A stretch of DNA of 64,000 nucleotides from IMG/VR virus record IMGVR_UViG_3300037852_000046, positions 1 through 64,000 of that record. The stretch is one strand, 5' to 3'. Under the pieces are notes generated by a model that did no database searches, was not told where the DNA came from, and saw nothing but the letters and a program-made list of their open reading frames with translations. This document shows positions 9,208-18,758 of the stretch, piece by piece (the stretch's first letter is position 1; each line of letters begins with the position of its first letter). The position numbers and the translations under genes are program-made. This stretch comes from a virus.

Positions 9208-9911
9208 TGGCTTATCTAACGTCTCAGCAAATTGTCAATCTGGCATGCACTATCGCCAAATGCCCTGGCTTTCTGGCTCAGGGCGGACAGTTTCTGAACA
9301 TGACGTTAGAAGACCTCTGGCTGCACCGTGATCTGAAGATCAACCGCAAGACGGAATCGATCACGGTGCAGGCAAATAACTTCGGCCCGTTCACGCTGCC
9401 GTTGAATTATCTGCGTACGTACGATCTGTTCTTCACGCAAAACAATCTGCCGTATTTCCTGAATCCGATCTCGACTGAAGAATACGATCAGGAGTTCAAG
9501 GATCCGTCAATCGCGAACTATCCGTATGAGTTCATGACGATTCTGGTCGACGAGACGGCGGCGATCGCGCAGGGTTCCGCCGGCACGCTCTTCATCTATC
9601 CACAGTCGTCCGGCCAGATCGTCCTGACGCACCGGTACATGGTGAAGCAACCGGACATCGCGGCGCCGGAAACGTCAGTCGTAATCCCGTGGTTTCCGGA
9701 TCAGGATTACCTGATCACGGCCACGGCTTCACGTCTGATGCAGATCACGGATGACACGCGCCGGCCGGAATTCATCGCGGAATGTGAGAAGATGCTTCGC
9801 ATCCATCTGATCATGGAAGGCGACGAACAGCAGGTAGTGAAGTCCGTTCGCCTCGATCCTCGGCGCTTCCACACAAACCGGACGCTCAAGCCGACCAAAA
9901 TCACCGACTAG
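9207..9911 (+). CDS. Putative head-tail adaptor (tail tubular A / gp4-like)
   Basis: Size, position and IYP...WFP...L motifs typical of podovirus adaptors. Confidence 0.65.
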   Translation: MAYLTSQQIVNLACTIAKCPGFLAQGGQFLNMTLEDLWLHRDLKINRKTESITVQANNFGPFTLPLNYLRTYDLFFTQNNLPYFLNPISTEEYDQEFKDPSIANYPYEFMTILVDETAAIAQGSAGTLFIYPQSSGQIVLTHRYMVKQPDIAAPETSVVIPWFPDQDYLITATASRLMQITDDTRRPEFIAECEKMLRIHLIMEGDEQQVVKSVRLDPRRFHTNRTLKPTKITD

Positions 9912-9919
9912 GAGACGCT

Positions 9920-11545
9920 GTGGCAATCCGCAACGACCAGCCGGTAAGATTCACGCCCAAGGGTATCTGCGATGCGTTCGACGCAACGGACGCCTTTCCG
10001 GGCGCGTGCGCGTTGCTCACGAACCTGATTTTCGATCAGGCGAACCCCGAAGTGGTGATAAGCCGACCCGGCGTCGGCGCACCGGTTACATCCTTTGCCA
10101 GCTTCACGCCCCCGACTTTCGTTTCCGGCTTCATCACGATTGGATCAGTCGTGTACGGCATGGTCTCGACCGCGCGCAACGCAGGGCATGATGAGCCATT
10201 CGCGTTCGATCTGAACGCTGGAACGTTCATCACGATCAGCGGTGTTACAGCGGGCAATACGCCGACCTCACCCGCGACCACGGGCCCGTGGACGCCTCCG
10301 ACCTTCGCCGTGATCAGCACCAAGATTATCGTCGCGCATCCGGGGTTTAACGGCGCGGGGTCGAACTTCTTCGGCGTGATCGACATCACGACTCCGGCCA
10401 CGCCTGCGTGGAGTTCAAGCAATCTGGCGACGAACGGGCTCACTGGGGTTCCGACTTCGGTTTCGAACTACAATAACCGGGCGTACTTCGCTGTCGGGAA
10501 CACGCTTCAATTCAGTGACGTGCTCGTGCCGACGACGCGCACGAACGCGAGCCAGGCTTTGACGCTCGGCGATACGACGCCGATCACCGCGCAATCCGGC
10601 CTGCCTGTCCAGACGACTTCGGCCGGTGTGGTAGGAGCGCTCGTGGTATTCAAGGCGTCGCAGATCTGGCAGGTTACCGGCGATCCGGCAACCAGCAATC
10701 TGGCGTTGAACTACGTCACCCTGACGACGGGCACCATCGCGCCGCGCACCGTCGTGCAAGGTCCGTTCGGGATCTTCTTCATCGGTATTGATGCGCCCTA
10801 CATCCTGAACTTCCTTGGCGTGCTATCGCCTCTGTCGCACACCCCCGGCAATGACGGCGTGGCCGACGTGCAAGTCCCGTTCCAGAACGCGACAACGCCC
10901 TCACGCCAGGCCGCATCGTTCTCCGGCAACATCTTTCGGGTATGCTCCGCGACGATCATTCAGGGCGTACAGCAGACCAACGATTACTGGTACGACATAC
11001 GACGCAAGCGCTGGACCGGGCCGCACACTTTCACTTACGATTCGATATCGCAATTCGGGAATAACTTCGTGCTGTCGGGCATCGATCATGGCGCGGCGCT
11101 GTTTGTGAGTCAAAGTCTTCCGGCAGTGGGCAGTGTCTATACAGACAACGGTGCGCAGCTCGTCAGTCATCTGCGCTCGTCGTCTTTCCCGAAAACGGGC
11201 CACATGGCGGAAGTTCAGGTAGTCGAGTCGACACAGGAATTTGCGTCTTCTGGTGCATCCGTGAACTACAATATTACGGCCCTGGATGACCAGAACGGCA
11301 CGCTAAACTCGACTTCTGTCTCAACGCCGGCCGCGGGGATCACTTGGGGCGGCGGAGCGCTGTGGGGCGGTGGCGCGCCGTGGGCGTCCACTGCGAAGAT
11401 TCCCCACGTCTACACCATCCCCTGGACAGCGCCGCTCGTATTCCAGAAAATGGCAATCGACATAACAGGGACTTCGTCTAACAGCCTGTCGATCGGGACT
11501 TTTTTCGCCCGGTACCAGGATACGGGTTACACCAATCAGGGGTAA
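9920..11545 (+). CDS. Putative tail nozzle / packaged-DNA stabilisation protein (P22 gp10-like)
   Basis: 541 aa beta-rich protein with SRPG N-terminal motif, following the adaptor. Confidence 0.7.
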   Translation: MAIRNDQPVRFTPKGICDAFDATDAFPGACALLTNLIFDQANPEVVISRPGVGAPVTSFASFTPPTFVSGFITIGSVVYGMVSTARNAGHDEPFAFDLNAGTFITISGVTAGNTPTSPATTGPWTPPTFAVISTKIIVAHPGFNGAGSNFFGVIDITTPATPAWSSSNLATNGLTGVPTSVSNYNNRAYFAVGNTLQFSDVLVPTTRTNASQALTLGDTTPITAQSGLPVQTTSAGVVGALVVFKASQIWQVTGDPATSNLALNYVTLTTGTIAPRTVVQGPFGIFFIGIDAPYILNFLGVLSPLSHTPGNDGVADVQVPFQNATTPSRQAASFSGNIFRVCSATIIQGVQQTNDYWYDIRRKRWTGPHTFTYDSISQFGNNFVLSGIDHGAALFVSQSLPAVGSVYTDNGAQLVSHLRSSSFPKTGHMAEVQVVESTQEFASSGASVNYNITALDDQNGTLNSTSVSTPAAGITWGGGALWGGGAPWASTAKIPHVYTIPWTAPLVFQKMAIDITGTSSNSLSIGTFFARYQDTGYTNQG

Positions 11546-11548
11546 GGC

Positions 11549-12178
11549 ATGGCGATCATCGGAACGCTACCGAACAACATCCAGAACGGCCAGGTGGTTG
11601 ACGCTAACCCTGTGATGGCGGATTTTAACTATATTGTCAATCAGGTGAACGCGAACGCCAATCCGCTGGGCACACTGACAGCGCCGAGCGGGACCGTTAT
11701 GCCCTTCGCACAGGCAACCGCACCCTTGGGATGGACCGCTTCAACAGACGCAGCTCACAATGATGCGGCGATGCGGTGCATGACCCCGGCAGGATACGGG
11801 GGGACTCAAGGTGTTAGCGCTTTCGGCCTGCTGCTTGAGGGGGGCGCGGTAACCGATGGCCATTCATTGTCGATCGGCGAACTGGCGGCGCACAATCACA
11901 CGGACTCGGGTCACATTCACAACATAAACGACTTGGGCCACAGTCACGGACCATCTGGCGGGGGAAGTTTTTATACCACGCAGGCCAGCGGGGTCAACTA
12001 CGGCGGGGGCGGCACTTCTTTTACCCCTGTAGCTTCGACTGCCACTGTGGCAACCGGGATTAATATTCTGACAGGAAACGCGCAGATCCAGAACACCGGC
12101 AGCGGCTCGGCGCACACGCATACGCTGACCAACTTCAATTACAAGATTGTCGATTACATCCTTTGCACGAAGAGCTAA
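11549..12178 (+). CDS. Short tail fibre with collar-like domain
   Basis: PSGTVMPFAQATAPLGW and HxH repeats; N-terminal anchor shared with 51398. Confidence 0.7.
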   Translation: MAIIGTLPNNIQNGQVVDANPVMADFNYIVNQVNANANPLGTLTAPSGTVMPFAQATAPLGWTASTDAAHNDAAMRCMTPAGYGGTQGVSAFGLLLEGGAVTDGHSLSIGELAAHNHTDSGHIHNINDLGHSHGPSGGGSFYTTQASGVNYGGGGTSFTPVASTATVATGINILTGNAQIQNTGSGSAHTHTLTNFNYKIVDYILCTKS

Positions 12179-12182
12179 CCCG

Positions 12183-12512
12183 ATGCGCAAGAAAGAACCT
12201 ATTTGCCCGCTCCTGAAGAAAGAATGCATTGGGGATGGCTGCATGTTCTGGACGCATATGCTCGGTACGAACCCTCAAACCGGGCAGCCGGTAGACCAGT
12301 TCGACTGCTCGATCAGATGGCTGCCGGTGTTGATCCTCGAAAATGCGCGTATGACGCGCGGCGCGCAGGCGGCGGTAGAATCGATGCGAAATGAAGTAGT
12401 GCAGCGGCAGGACGCTCTTAATAACGCCGTGGCGCTAGGCCAGCGTGAAGCGGCAAAGCGAATCGGGGAACAGGAATGCCAGACGATAGAACGCTTACCG
12501 AATCAGACGTAA
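12183..12512 (+). CDS. Cys-containing fibre-associated protein (copy A only)
   Basis: CPLLKKECIGDGCMFW; lost together with the collar fibre in copy B. Confidence 0.65.
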   Translation: MRKKEPICPLLKKECIGDGCMFWTHMLGTNPQTGQPVDQFDCSIRWLPVLILENARMTRGAQAAVESMRNEVVQRQDALNNAVALGQREAAKRIGEQECQTIERLPNQT

Positions 12513-12670
12513 AGGCGATAGTCGATGAGTTGGAAAGACGCGCTACACAGCGGTTTCAGATCAATATTGGGCGGGGGGTGCTTGGTCTGGCGTGGAAAGC
12601 CTGCCTGTACCTCGCGATATGGCTTGCCGCCTACGGCGCTGCCGGAGGCTTCAAGAAATTTTTCAACTAG
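12476..12670 (+). CDS. Single-TM protein (holin/antiholin candidate)
   Basis: C-terminal hydrophobic helix; upstream of the endolysin; conserved in B. Confidence 0.6.
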   Translation: MPDDRTLTESDVKAIVDELERRATQRFQINIGRGVLGLAWKACLYLAIWLAAYGAAGGFKKFFN

Positions 12671-12680
12671 GAGTAGCATC

Positions 12681-12893
12681 ATGAGTTTCTGGACTGATAT
12701 CGAAGCCGAATTCAATTCCGTCGTCGCGAGCGCGGATAGCATCCCGGCAAAGCTCGAAGCCCTGGTCGGGATCCAGAGCAAGGCCGCGCAGATGACCGCG
12801 CTCACCAACCAGATCACGGCCATCCTTGAAGACGGTTCGAAAGCGAACGCCGACAAGGTGACGGAAATCCTGACGGCGGTAGGCAAACTGTGA
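12681..12893 (+). CDS. Hypothetical helical protein, 70 aa
   Basis: TAGGAG RBS; conserved at 52401-52613. Confidence 0.7.
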   Translation: MSFWTDIEAEFNSVVASADSIPAKLEALVGIQSKAAQMTALTNQITAILEDGSKANADKVTEILTAVGKL

Positions 12894-13432
12894 GCCCCGA
12901 GACACTGGCAGCGGCGCTTGGGGTTCCTTCGGCTCGCGCGCAAACGTGGGCCGATCCGCTTTCTGCGGCGATGGCTCTTTATGCTATCGATTCGCTCAAG
13001 AGGCAGGCGGCGTTCCTCGCCCAGGTAGGTCACGAGTCCGGCAGGTTGATCTATGTCCGGGAACTGTGGGGGCCGACGCCCGCACAGGAAGGCTACGAGG
13101 GACGCGCGGATCTCGGCAATACCGAGCCAGGTGACGGGTTCAAGTTCCGTGGCCGTGGCCTGATTCAGGTCACAGGGCGCGCGAATTACGCGACATGCGG
13201 CGCGGCGCTGTGTCTGCCTCTGACCGACTCGCCGGAACTGCTTGAGTCTCCGTCCAATGCTGCGCAGTCGGCGGCGTGGTTCTGGAATTCGCGCGGTCTG
13301 AACGCTTTCGCCGATGTCATGGACTTCGAGACGATCACGCGAAGGGTTAATGGCGGTTTGAACGGGTGGGATGACCGCGTGGCGCTCTGGAAAATGGCGC
13401 TCGCCGCATTTGGAGCAGACAATGGCACTTGA
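12890..13432 (+). CDS. Endolysin, glycoside hydrolase family 19
   Basis: FLAQVGHES, FRGRGLIQVTGRANY, SAAWFW, ITRRVNGG motifs. Confidence 0.92.
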   Translation: MSPETLAAALGVPSARAQTWADPLSAAMALYAIDSLKRQAAFLAQVGHESGRLIYVRELWGPTPAQEGYEGRADLGNTEPGDGFKFRGRGLIQVTGRANYATCGAALCLPLTDSPELLESPSNAAQSAAWFWNSRGLNAFADVMDFETITRRVNGGLNGWDDRVALWKMALAAFGADNGT

Positions 13433-13811
13433 TCCGGTCACGGCAGGAATCGACCTAGCTACTACGATCGTTGGACGCATCTGGCCGGACAAGACGGCGC
13501 AGGAGCAACAGCAACTCGCCGCTACCCTATCCATGATCCAGGGGCAAATGACGATCAACCAGGCGGAAGCGGGCAACGCCAGCACCTTCGTCGCCGGCTG
13601 GCGGCCCTTCATCGGTTGGGTATGCGGTCTCGCATGCGCCTGGAACTGGATGGGCTTGCCTGTCGCCAAGGTAGTTCTCGATTACTTCGGGCACACAATC
13701 TTGATGTCGCCCGCCGATCTGTCGGAGATGATGCCGGTTTTGATGGGCATGCTTGGGCTTGGCGGGCTGCGCACGTTTGAGAAGGTGCAGGGCGTGGCGA
13801 GGATGAAATGA
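13422..13811 (+). CDS. Holin (GTA 3TM / DUF3154-like)
   Basis: FVAGWRPFIGWVC and GMLGLGGLRTFEK motifs. Confidence 0.85.
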   Translation: MALDPVTAGIDLATTIVGRIWPDKTAQEQQQLAATLSMIQGQMTINQAEAGNASTFVAGWRPFIGWVCGLACAWNWMGLPVAKVVLDYFGHTILMSPADLSEMMPVLMGMLGLGGLRTFEKVQGVARMK

Positions 13812-14371
13812 ACCACCTTGTAAAAATCGCTCACGGCATCGATACGGCTCCGGTCCTGCTTGAGATCGCGCGCCAGCCCAAGCTATGGAACCGGCACACG
13901 GTCAGGAAGACGGCACCGGAGACCCCGCACGCCGCGATGGACGATATCTGGCTGCGCTACCGGGATGAGAAGCCGTTTAGGGAATCGGGCGACTACTCGA
14001 CATTCAATGACGAGCATGACGCGATCTTCTACCCGGAATGGTTCGCGCTGCCCAGCGTGCGCCCTATCGTCTACAGTCTCATGGCGCGCGTTCAGGCGGT
14101 ACGCCTGGGCGGTGTGATGATCACCCGGATCCCGCCGGGGGGTCGAATTGACCCGCACGCAGACGACGGCTGGCACGCCACGTATTACAATACGAAATTG
14201 TATGTCGTGCTTCAGTCGAATCCGCAGTGCGTCAATCGCGTGGAAGAGGAGCGCGTCTCGATGGCACCGGGCGATGTCTGGTACTTCGACAACCTGAAAG
14301 AGCATGAAGTCGTGAACGACGGTCCGGACGACCGGATCACGCTGATTGTGTGCCTGAGGTGCGAAAAATGA
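13808..14371 (+). CDS. Asp/Asn beta-hydroxylase family 2OG-Fe(II) oxygenase
   Basis: PGGRIDPHAD (HxD), WYFDNLKEHEVVN (distal H), DRITLIV (2OG-binding R). Confidence 0.85.
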   Translation: MNHLVKIAHGIDTAPVLLEIARQPKLWNRHTVRKTAPETPHAAMDDIWLRYRDEKPFRESGDYSTFNDEHDAIFYPEWFALPSVRPIVYSLMARVQAVRLGGVMITRIPPGGRIDPHADDGWHATYYNTKLYVVLQSNPQCVNRVEEERVSMAPGDVWYFDNLKEHEVVNDGPDDRITLIVCLRCEK

Positions 14372-14649
14372 TCAGGCATTACTTTTCAGGTGGCGCTTAC
14401 GTACGGGAGCAAACGCTGGCGGAAGGGCTCGAAGTCGAAAAGCACGAACACGACTACGACCACGTGAGTTACCTGTGCGCCGGTCGCGCGCTGCTCGACG
14501 TGGACGGCGAACTGGAATATCTGACCGGGCCGTGCGCCATTCTGATCAAGGCGGGCTGTAGACACCGGATTGCGGCTCTGACAGACATCACCTGGCTTTG
14601 CATTCACGCGGAGAGCGTTGCGGATCCGGAAACCATTGTGAAGGAGTGA
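14368..14649 (+). CDS. Cupin-fold protein
   Basis: HEHDYDH...G...HRIAAL...WLCIH. Confidence 0.8.
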   Translation: MIRHYFSGGAYVREQTLAEGLEVEKHEHDYDHVSYLCAGRALLDVDGELEYLTGPCAILIKAGCRHRIAALTDITWLCIHAESVADPETIVKE

Positions 14650-14653
14650 CATC

Positions 14654-15652
14654 ATGCCATGGGGCGTAGCGGCAGCAGCAGTAGGCGCGGGGGTATCAGC
14701 GGCGCTCGCCCCCTCTCCTTCAGGTGGATCGGGCGGCAGTCAATCCTATTACGTTCCGACGGGTTTGCAGACCGCCGACCAGCAATGGCAGGCGCTTCAG
14801 CAGGGCAACCTTAATGCGTATAACGCCAGCAATCTGTCTCAATACGGTCTGCAATCCCTTAATCAAGGGATGGAAAGCTATAACCAGTATGCGCCGGGAT
14901 ACCAAAATGCCGCGAATGCGGCGGGCGCACAGTATGGCGCGCTCGGCCAGCAACTAGGTGCTGCTTCAGGACAGCAATTCGGTGCAGCAAATCAGGTCTA
15001 CCAGACCGCTTTCGATCCGCAAAGCGCGCTTTACAATCGCACTGTTCAGCAGTTGCAGGACCAGACCGGAGCCACGAATAGCATGTACGGGCTCGGATCC
15101 TCGGCCGCCGGCGCGGGCGTCGCGAATCAGGCGCTCGGCAACTTTAATATCGACTGGCAGAATCAGCAGCTTCAGCGTCAGATTCAGGGTTTAGGCGCGG
15201 CGGGGCAAGCCTACGGGCAGGCTGGCGCACTCGGGCAGGCCGGGGGGCAAGCCACGCTTCAGGGCGGTCAATTGCCGTATCAGACCGCGCAGAGCCTCGC
15301 CGCAGTGCCCGGACAGCTTGGCGGCGCGTATGGGCAGTTCCTGCAAAGCAACGTGTACGGACCGGCGCAGGGGTTCCAGTCGCAGGCGATTCCGTATATG
15401 AATTACGGACAGGGGGCGCAGGCCGTACCTTACCAGAATGCGCAGCAAGGCGCGGGAGCGGCCGGCGCACTGATATCACAGGGTATCCAGGGCTTGGGCA
15501 GCAATCCGCAAGTCCAAAGCGGACTTGGAAGCCTGTTCGGCGGGAATAGCGCTAGCGGGTCTTTCAGCGGCGGCGACTTCTCCGGTGCGTTCTCATCCAA
15601 TCCGTACTATGGCGGTGGCGGTAACAGCTACGGCTTCACCATGGGGTATTGA
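14654..15652 (+). CDS. Ejection/pilot protein 1 (P22 gp7-like position)
   Basis: Hydrophobic Ala/Gly N-terminus and Q/G/A-rich body. Confidence 0.65.
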   Translation: MPWGVAAAAVGAGVSAALAPSPSGGSGGSQSYYVPTGLQTADQQWQALQQGNLNAYNASNLSQYGLQSLNQGMESYNQYAPGYQNAANAAGAQYGALGQQLGAASGQQFGAANQVYQTAFDPQSALYNRTVQQLQDQTGATNSMYGLGSSAAGAGVANQALGNFNIDWQNQQLQRQIQGLGAAGQAYGQAGALGQAGGQATLQGGQLPYQTAQSLAAVPGQLGGAYGQFLQSNVYGPAQGFQSQAIPYMNYGQGAQAVPYQNAQQGAGAAGALISQGIQGLGSNPQVQSGLGSLFGGNSASGSFSGGDFSGAFSSNPYYGGGGNSYGFTMGY

Positions 15653-15654
15653 TC

Positions 15655-17214
15655 ATGGCCGGACTTGGGGGACTTCCCTACTTCATTCAGTACCAGGGGC
15701 AGTTGCAGGAACAGGCAGCAGCGAAGCAGCAACAGCAGATGCAGCTTATGCAGTTCCAGCAGCAGCAGCAGGACCGCCAGCGGCAACAGGCCGCAATGGC
15801 GGCGGCCGGCAACGCACTCCCTCAACTGGTGCAACCGCCTCCGCAGGCGATGCAGCAGCCCGCGCCGCAACCTCCGGCACCCGGTCAGGCATCACAACCG
15901 ATGCAGCAGGCCGGCGGAGGCGTTCCGTTGCCCCAAGGCCCGGTTCCCGGCCAGGTGTTGCGTCCGCCATTGCTTCCGGGCGGCGCGCAGGGCGCTATGT
16001 CCCCGCAGGGCATTCCGCCTTTCCGTCCGATGCCTAGCGCGCCGCCCCCGCAACAGGCGCAACCGGCAGGGATTCCCGCGCCCCCGCAACAGGCACCGCA
16101 AGCCGCGCCACCCCAGCAAGACCAGATGGAAGGCGGCTTCTCGCTCTCGAACATCATCCAGTCGGGGCAGAAGCAAGGGCTCTCCGGTTCGGATCTGTAC
16201 GACTACGTGCAGACCATGGAACCGTACATGACCGCGCAGCAAAAGGCGAAAGCGGAGCAATTCAAGACACAACTCGAACTGAAGAAGCTCGATGCGGAAA
16301 TTGCTTTGCATACGCAGGCTGCTCAAAACCAGAACCTGTCTTTTCAGGAACGCGAGCGACACGATCGGGCGCTTGAGGATCTGGCATCGCGCCGTATCGG
16401 TATCGCGCAGGGCAATCTGAACATCCGGATTCAGGCAGCAGGAGGCGGAGCGGGGTCCGCCCCTGTGGCCGACCTGACACCGGACACGCAGGGTAATTTG
16501 CCTGCCCCGAAAGCGGTCGGCGGCTATTCGAGTGAAGCAATCAAGGCCTTGGGTGAAGACTTCGCGCAGCGGGGTTCCGCTGCATTCACAGGTATGGGGC
16601 GCGGGAAGAGCGAGGCAGCGGTACGCGCCGAGGCGATCAACTACGGCACTGCGGTAAATGCGCAGAAGGGCGGGAACGTTGCAACCAACCGCATCCAGTA
16701 CGCGGCGGATACGGCCGGCGCACGCTCGAACGCGGTACAAGCCGCCAAGGTGGACGCGGCGGCGAACGCGCTTGTGCAGAAGGGCGGGATTGGCGACCAG
16801 TTGCAGGAGGCGACGGACGCATTGGAGCGAACAGGAATTCCAGTCGCCAATCAGGTGCAGATGGAAGCGCTCCGGCGTACGTTCGATCCGCGCGTCGCGG
16901 CTTACGACGCGGCACAAAATGGCGTGGTATCGGAAGCCGCGCAGATCCTCGGACGCGGCACGCTTACCGTGAACTCGATGGAAGAAGCGCGGCGCGTAGT
17001 AAGCCAGTGGCATACTTCCGAACAGACGCGGGCAGGCCTTGCGCAGCTTAAACGTGAAGCCGCGACCACGGTTAGGGCGTCTTCGGAAGAGGTAGCGAAG
17101 TCCGCGCGCACGCCGAAAGGTCAACCGGGTGTACAGGCAGGCAATGCGCCTGAAACAAAGACGATCGGCAACAAGACATATGTAAAACACGGTTCTGACT
17201 GGTACGAGCAATGA
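15655..17214 (+). CDS. Ejection protein 2 (gp20-like position)
   Basis: Q/P-rich N-half and helical C-half; variable C-terminal tail. Confidence 0.65.
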   Translation: MAGLGGLPYFIQYQGQLQEQAAAKQQQQMQLMQFQQQQQDRQRQQAAMAAAGNALPQLVQPPPQAMQQPAPQPPAPGQASQPMQQAGGGVPLPQGPVPGQVLRPPLLPGGAQGAMSPQGIPPFRPMPSAPPPQQAQPAGIPAPPQQAPQAAPPQQDQMEGGFSLSNIIQSGQKQGLSGSDLYDYVQTMEPYMTAQQKAKAEQFKTQLELKKLDAEIALHTQAAQNQNLSFQERERHDRALEDLASRRIGIAQGNLNIRIQAAGGGAGSAPVADLTPDTQGNLPAPKAVGGYSSEAIKALGEDFAQRGSAAFTGMGRGKSEAAVRAEAINYGTAVNAQKGGNVATNRIQYAADTAGARSNAVQAAKVDAAANALVQKGGIGDQLQEATDALERTGIPVANQVQMEALRRTFDPRVAAYDAAQNGVVSEAAQILGRGTLTVNSMEEARRVVSQWHTSEQTRAGLAQLKREAATTVRASSEEVAKSARTPKGQPGVQAGNAPETKTIGNKTYVKHGSDWYEQ

Positions 17215-18758
17215 AACTGGTAACCGATCCGGCGCTCCTGGCGCAATTGAATGGCGGTGGCGGTGACTCCTCATCCGGAGGGAAAGTCACTGATCCGGCT
17301 TTGCTCGCGCAACTTAACAACCCGGCAACCGGTCTGGAGAAACTTCCGCCGGCCGCTGGCGCTCCGCAGAATCCTGTGTACGTCGCGCCGCCCTCTGAAA
17401 GCATCGGGCAGCGCATCAAAGGCAGTGCGGAGGCTGGAGCGGCGTTGGCAACGGGTGCGCTCGGCGGCGCTGCCGGCCAGTTGTATGGGCTCGGCAAGAC
17501 ACTTACCGGCGGCAAGTACGGCACGCCGCAGGGCGCGGCGGAAGGCGAGGCAGCGGGCGTCAATCTCGCGAACAAGCTTACCTACCAGCCGCGTACGCAA
17601 ACCGGACAGGCGATCACGCAGGGCGTTGGTAAGGCGCTTTCCCCTTTGCAGGCGCTGCCGGCGGACGCCGGTTTACTCGGTCGGATTGGTGAAGTACCGC
17701 GCGGTGTACTGGCGGGCGAAGAGGCAGCCGGCGCGGCGGGGCGCGTGGTCGGCAAAGGCGCAGCAACCGCTGCCGCGAAGGCGTTACCCGCCATAGATGA
17801 GGAAACCCGACAACTCGCGCAGCAGGCTCATCAGATGGGTTTTCGCCTGACTCCGGAACAGGTGGTAGGCGGCAAGTACAGCAAGATTGCTGGCGAAAGC
17901 CTGGCCTCTGTTCCGCTATCGGGCAGCAATGCGGAATTCAATAAAGGCGTATTCCTTCGCAACCTGTCAGAGCAGGCAGGCATAGAAGGCGGAAAGCCGA
18001 CGCGTAAAGCCTTCGGGCAGGCGACGAAAAAAGTGGGCAAGGAGATTGGAGCGCTTAATCAGAAGTACGATGTACCTATCGACCGTTCTGCAACGCAGGC
18101 TTTTAAGTCGAACGCTAACGGTCAGTTGCCGGAAGTGCAGAGCGTCGTCAACTACTACTCTGATCTGATCTCGAAGAGTGCCAAGGGCGGCGTGCTTCCG
18201 GGCAGCACTTTCCGGAAGATCAATACGAAACTTAACACTCAGATCAAGCAGACTTCGAATGGTGATCTGAAGTACGCACTTAGCAATTTGCAGGACGATC
18301 TTCTGGAGCTTCAGCAAAAGCAGATGAGCCCTGAAGATAACGCGCGCCTCAACACTTTGCGACGGCAATATGCGATACAGCGCACGATAGAGCCGCTTGC
18401 AGCGAAGAGTCCTACAGGCGACATCCCGCCGTCGGCGCTACTCGGGGCGCTTACTGCCACAAAGACGGGGAAGTCTTTCGTCGCGCGTAACGCGGCCGGC
18501 GATCTCGGCAATCTGGCGGACATCGGCGCACGCTTTTTGAAAGAGCCGAAGTCTTCGGGAACCGCAGAACGCCGATTGCTGCAAGGTATCCCTCCTGCAC
18601 TTGCCAGTGCGGCCGGCGCGGGTGCGGGCGTCGCCGGAGGGGCTGGCGCTCTTCCTGCCATTTTGGGGGGCGTGGGCGCTACGTACGGCGCGGCTAATCT
18701 GTACAATCGCGCAGGGCCGGCTATAACACGTGCATTGATCGACAGACCGCCTCAATGA
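17211..18758 (+). CDS. Ejection protein 3 (gp16-like position)
   Basis: Ala/Gly-rich helical protein; N-terminal VTDPALLAQLN twice; SSGTAER motif near the C-terminus. Confidence 0.65.
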   Translation: MKLVTDPALLAQLNGGGGDSSSGGKVTDPALLAQLNNPATGLEKLPPAAGAPQNPVYVAPPSESIGQRIKGSAEAGAALATGALGGAAGQLYGLGKTLTGGKYGTPQGAAEGEAAGVNLANKLTYQPRTQTGQAITQGVGKALSPLQALPADAGLLGRIGEVPRGVLAGEEAAGAAGRVVGKGAATAAAKALPAIDEETRQLAQQAHQMGFRLTPEQVVGGKYSKIAGESLASVPLSGSNAEFNKGVFLRNLSEQAGIEGGKPTRKAFGQATKKVGKEIGALNQKYDVPIDRSATQAFKSNANGQLPEVQSVVNYYSDLISKSAKGGVLPGSTFRKINTKLNTQIKQTSNGDLKYALSNLQDDLLELQQKQMSPEDNARLNTLRRQYAIQRTIEPLAAKSPTGDIPPSALLGALTATKTGKSFVARNAAGDLGNLADIGARFLKEPKSSGTAERRLLQGIPPALASAAGAGAGVAGGAGALPAILGGVGATYGAANLYNRAGPAITRALIDRPPQ

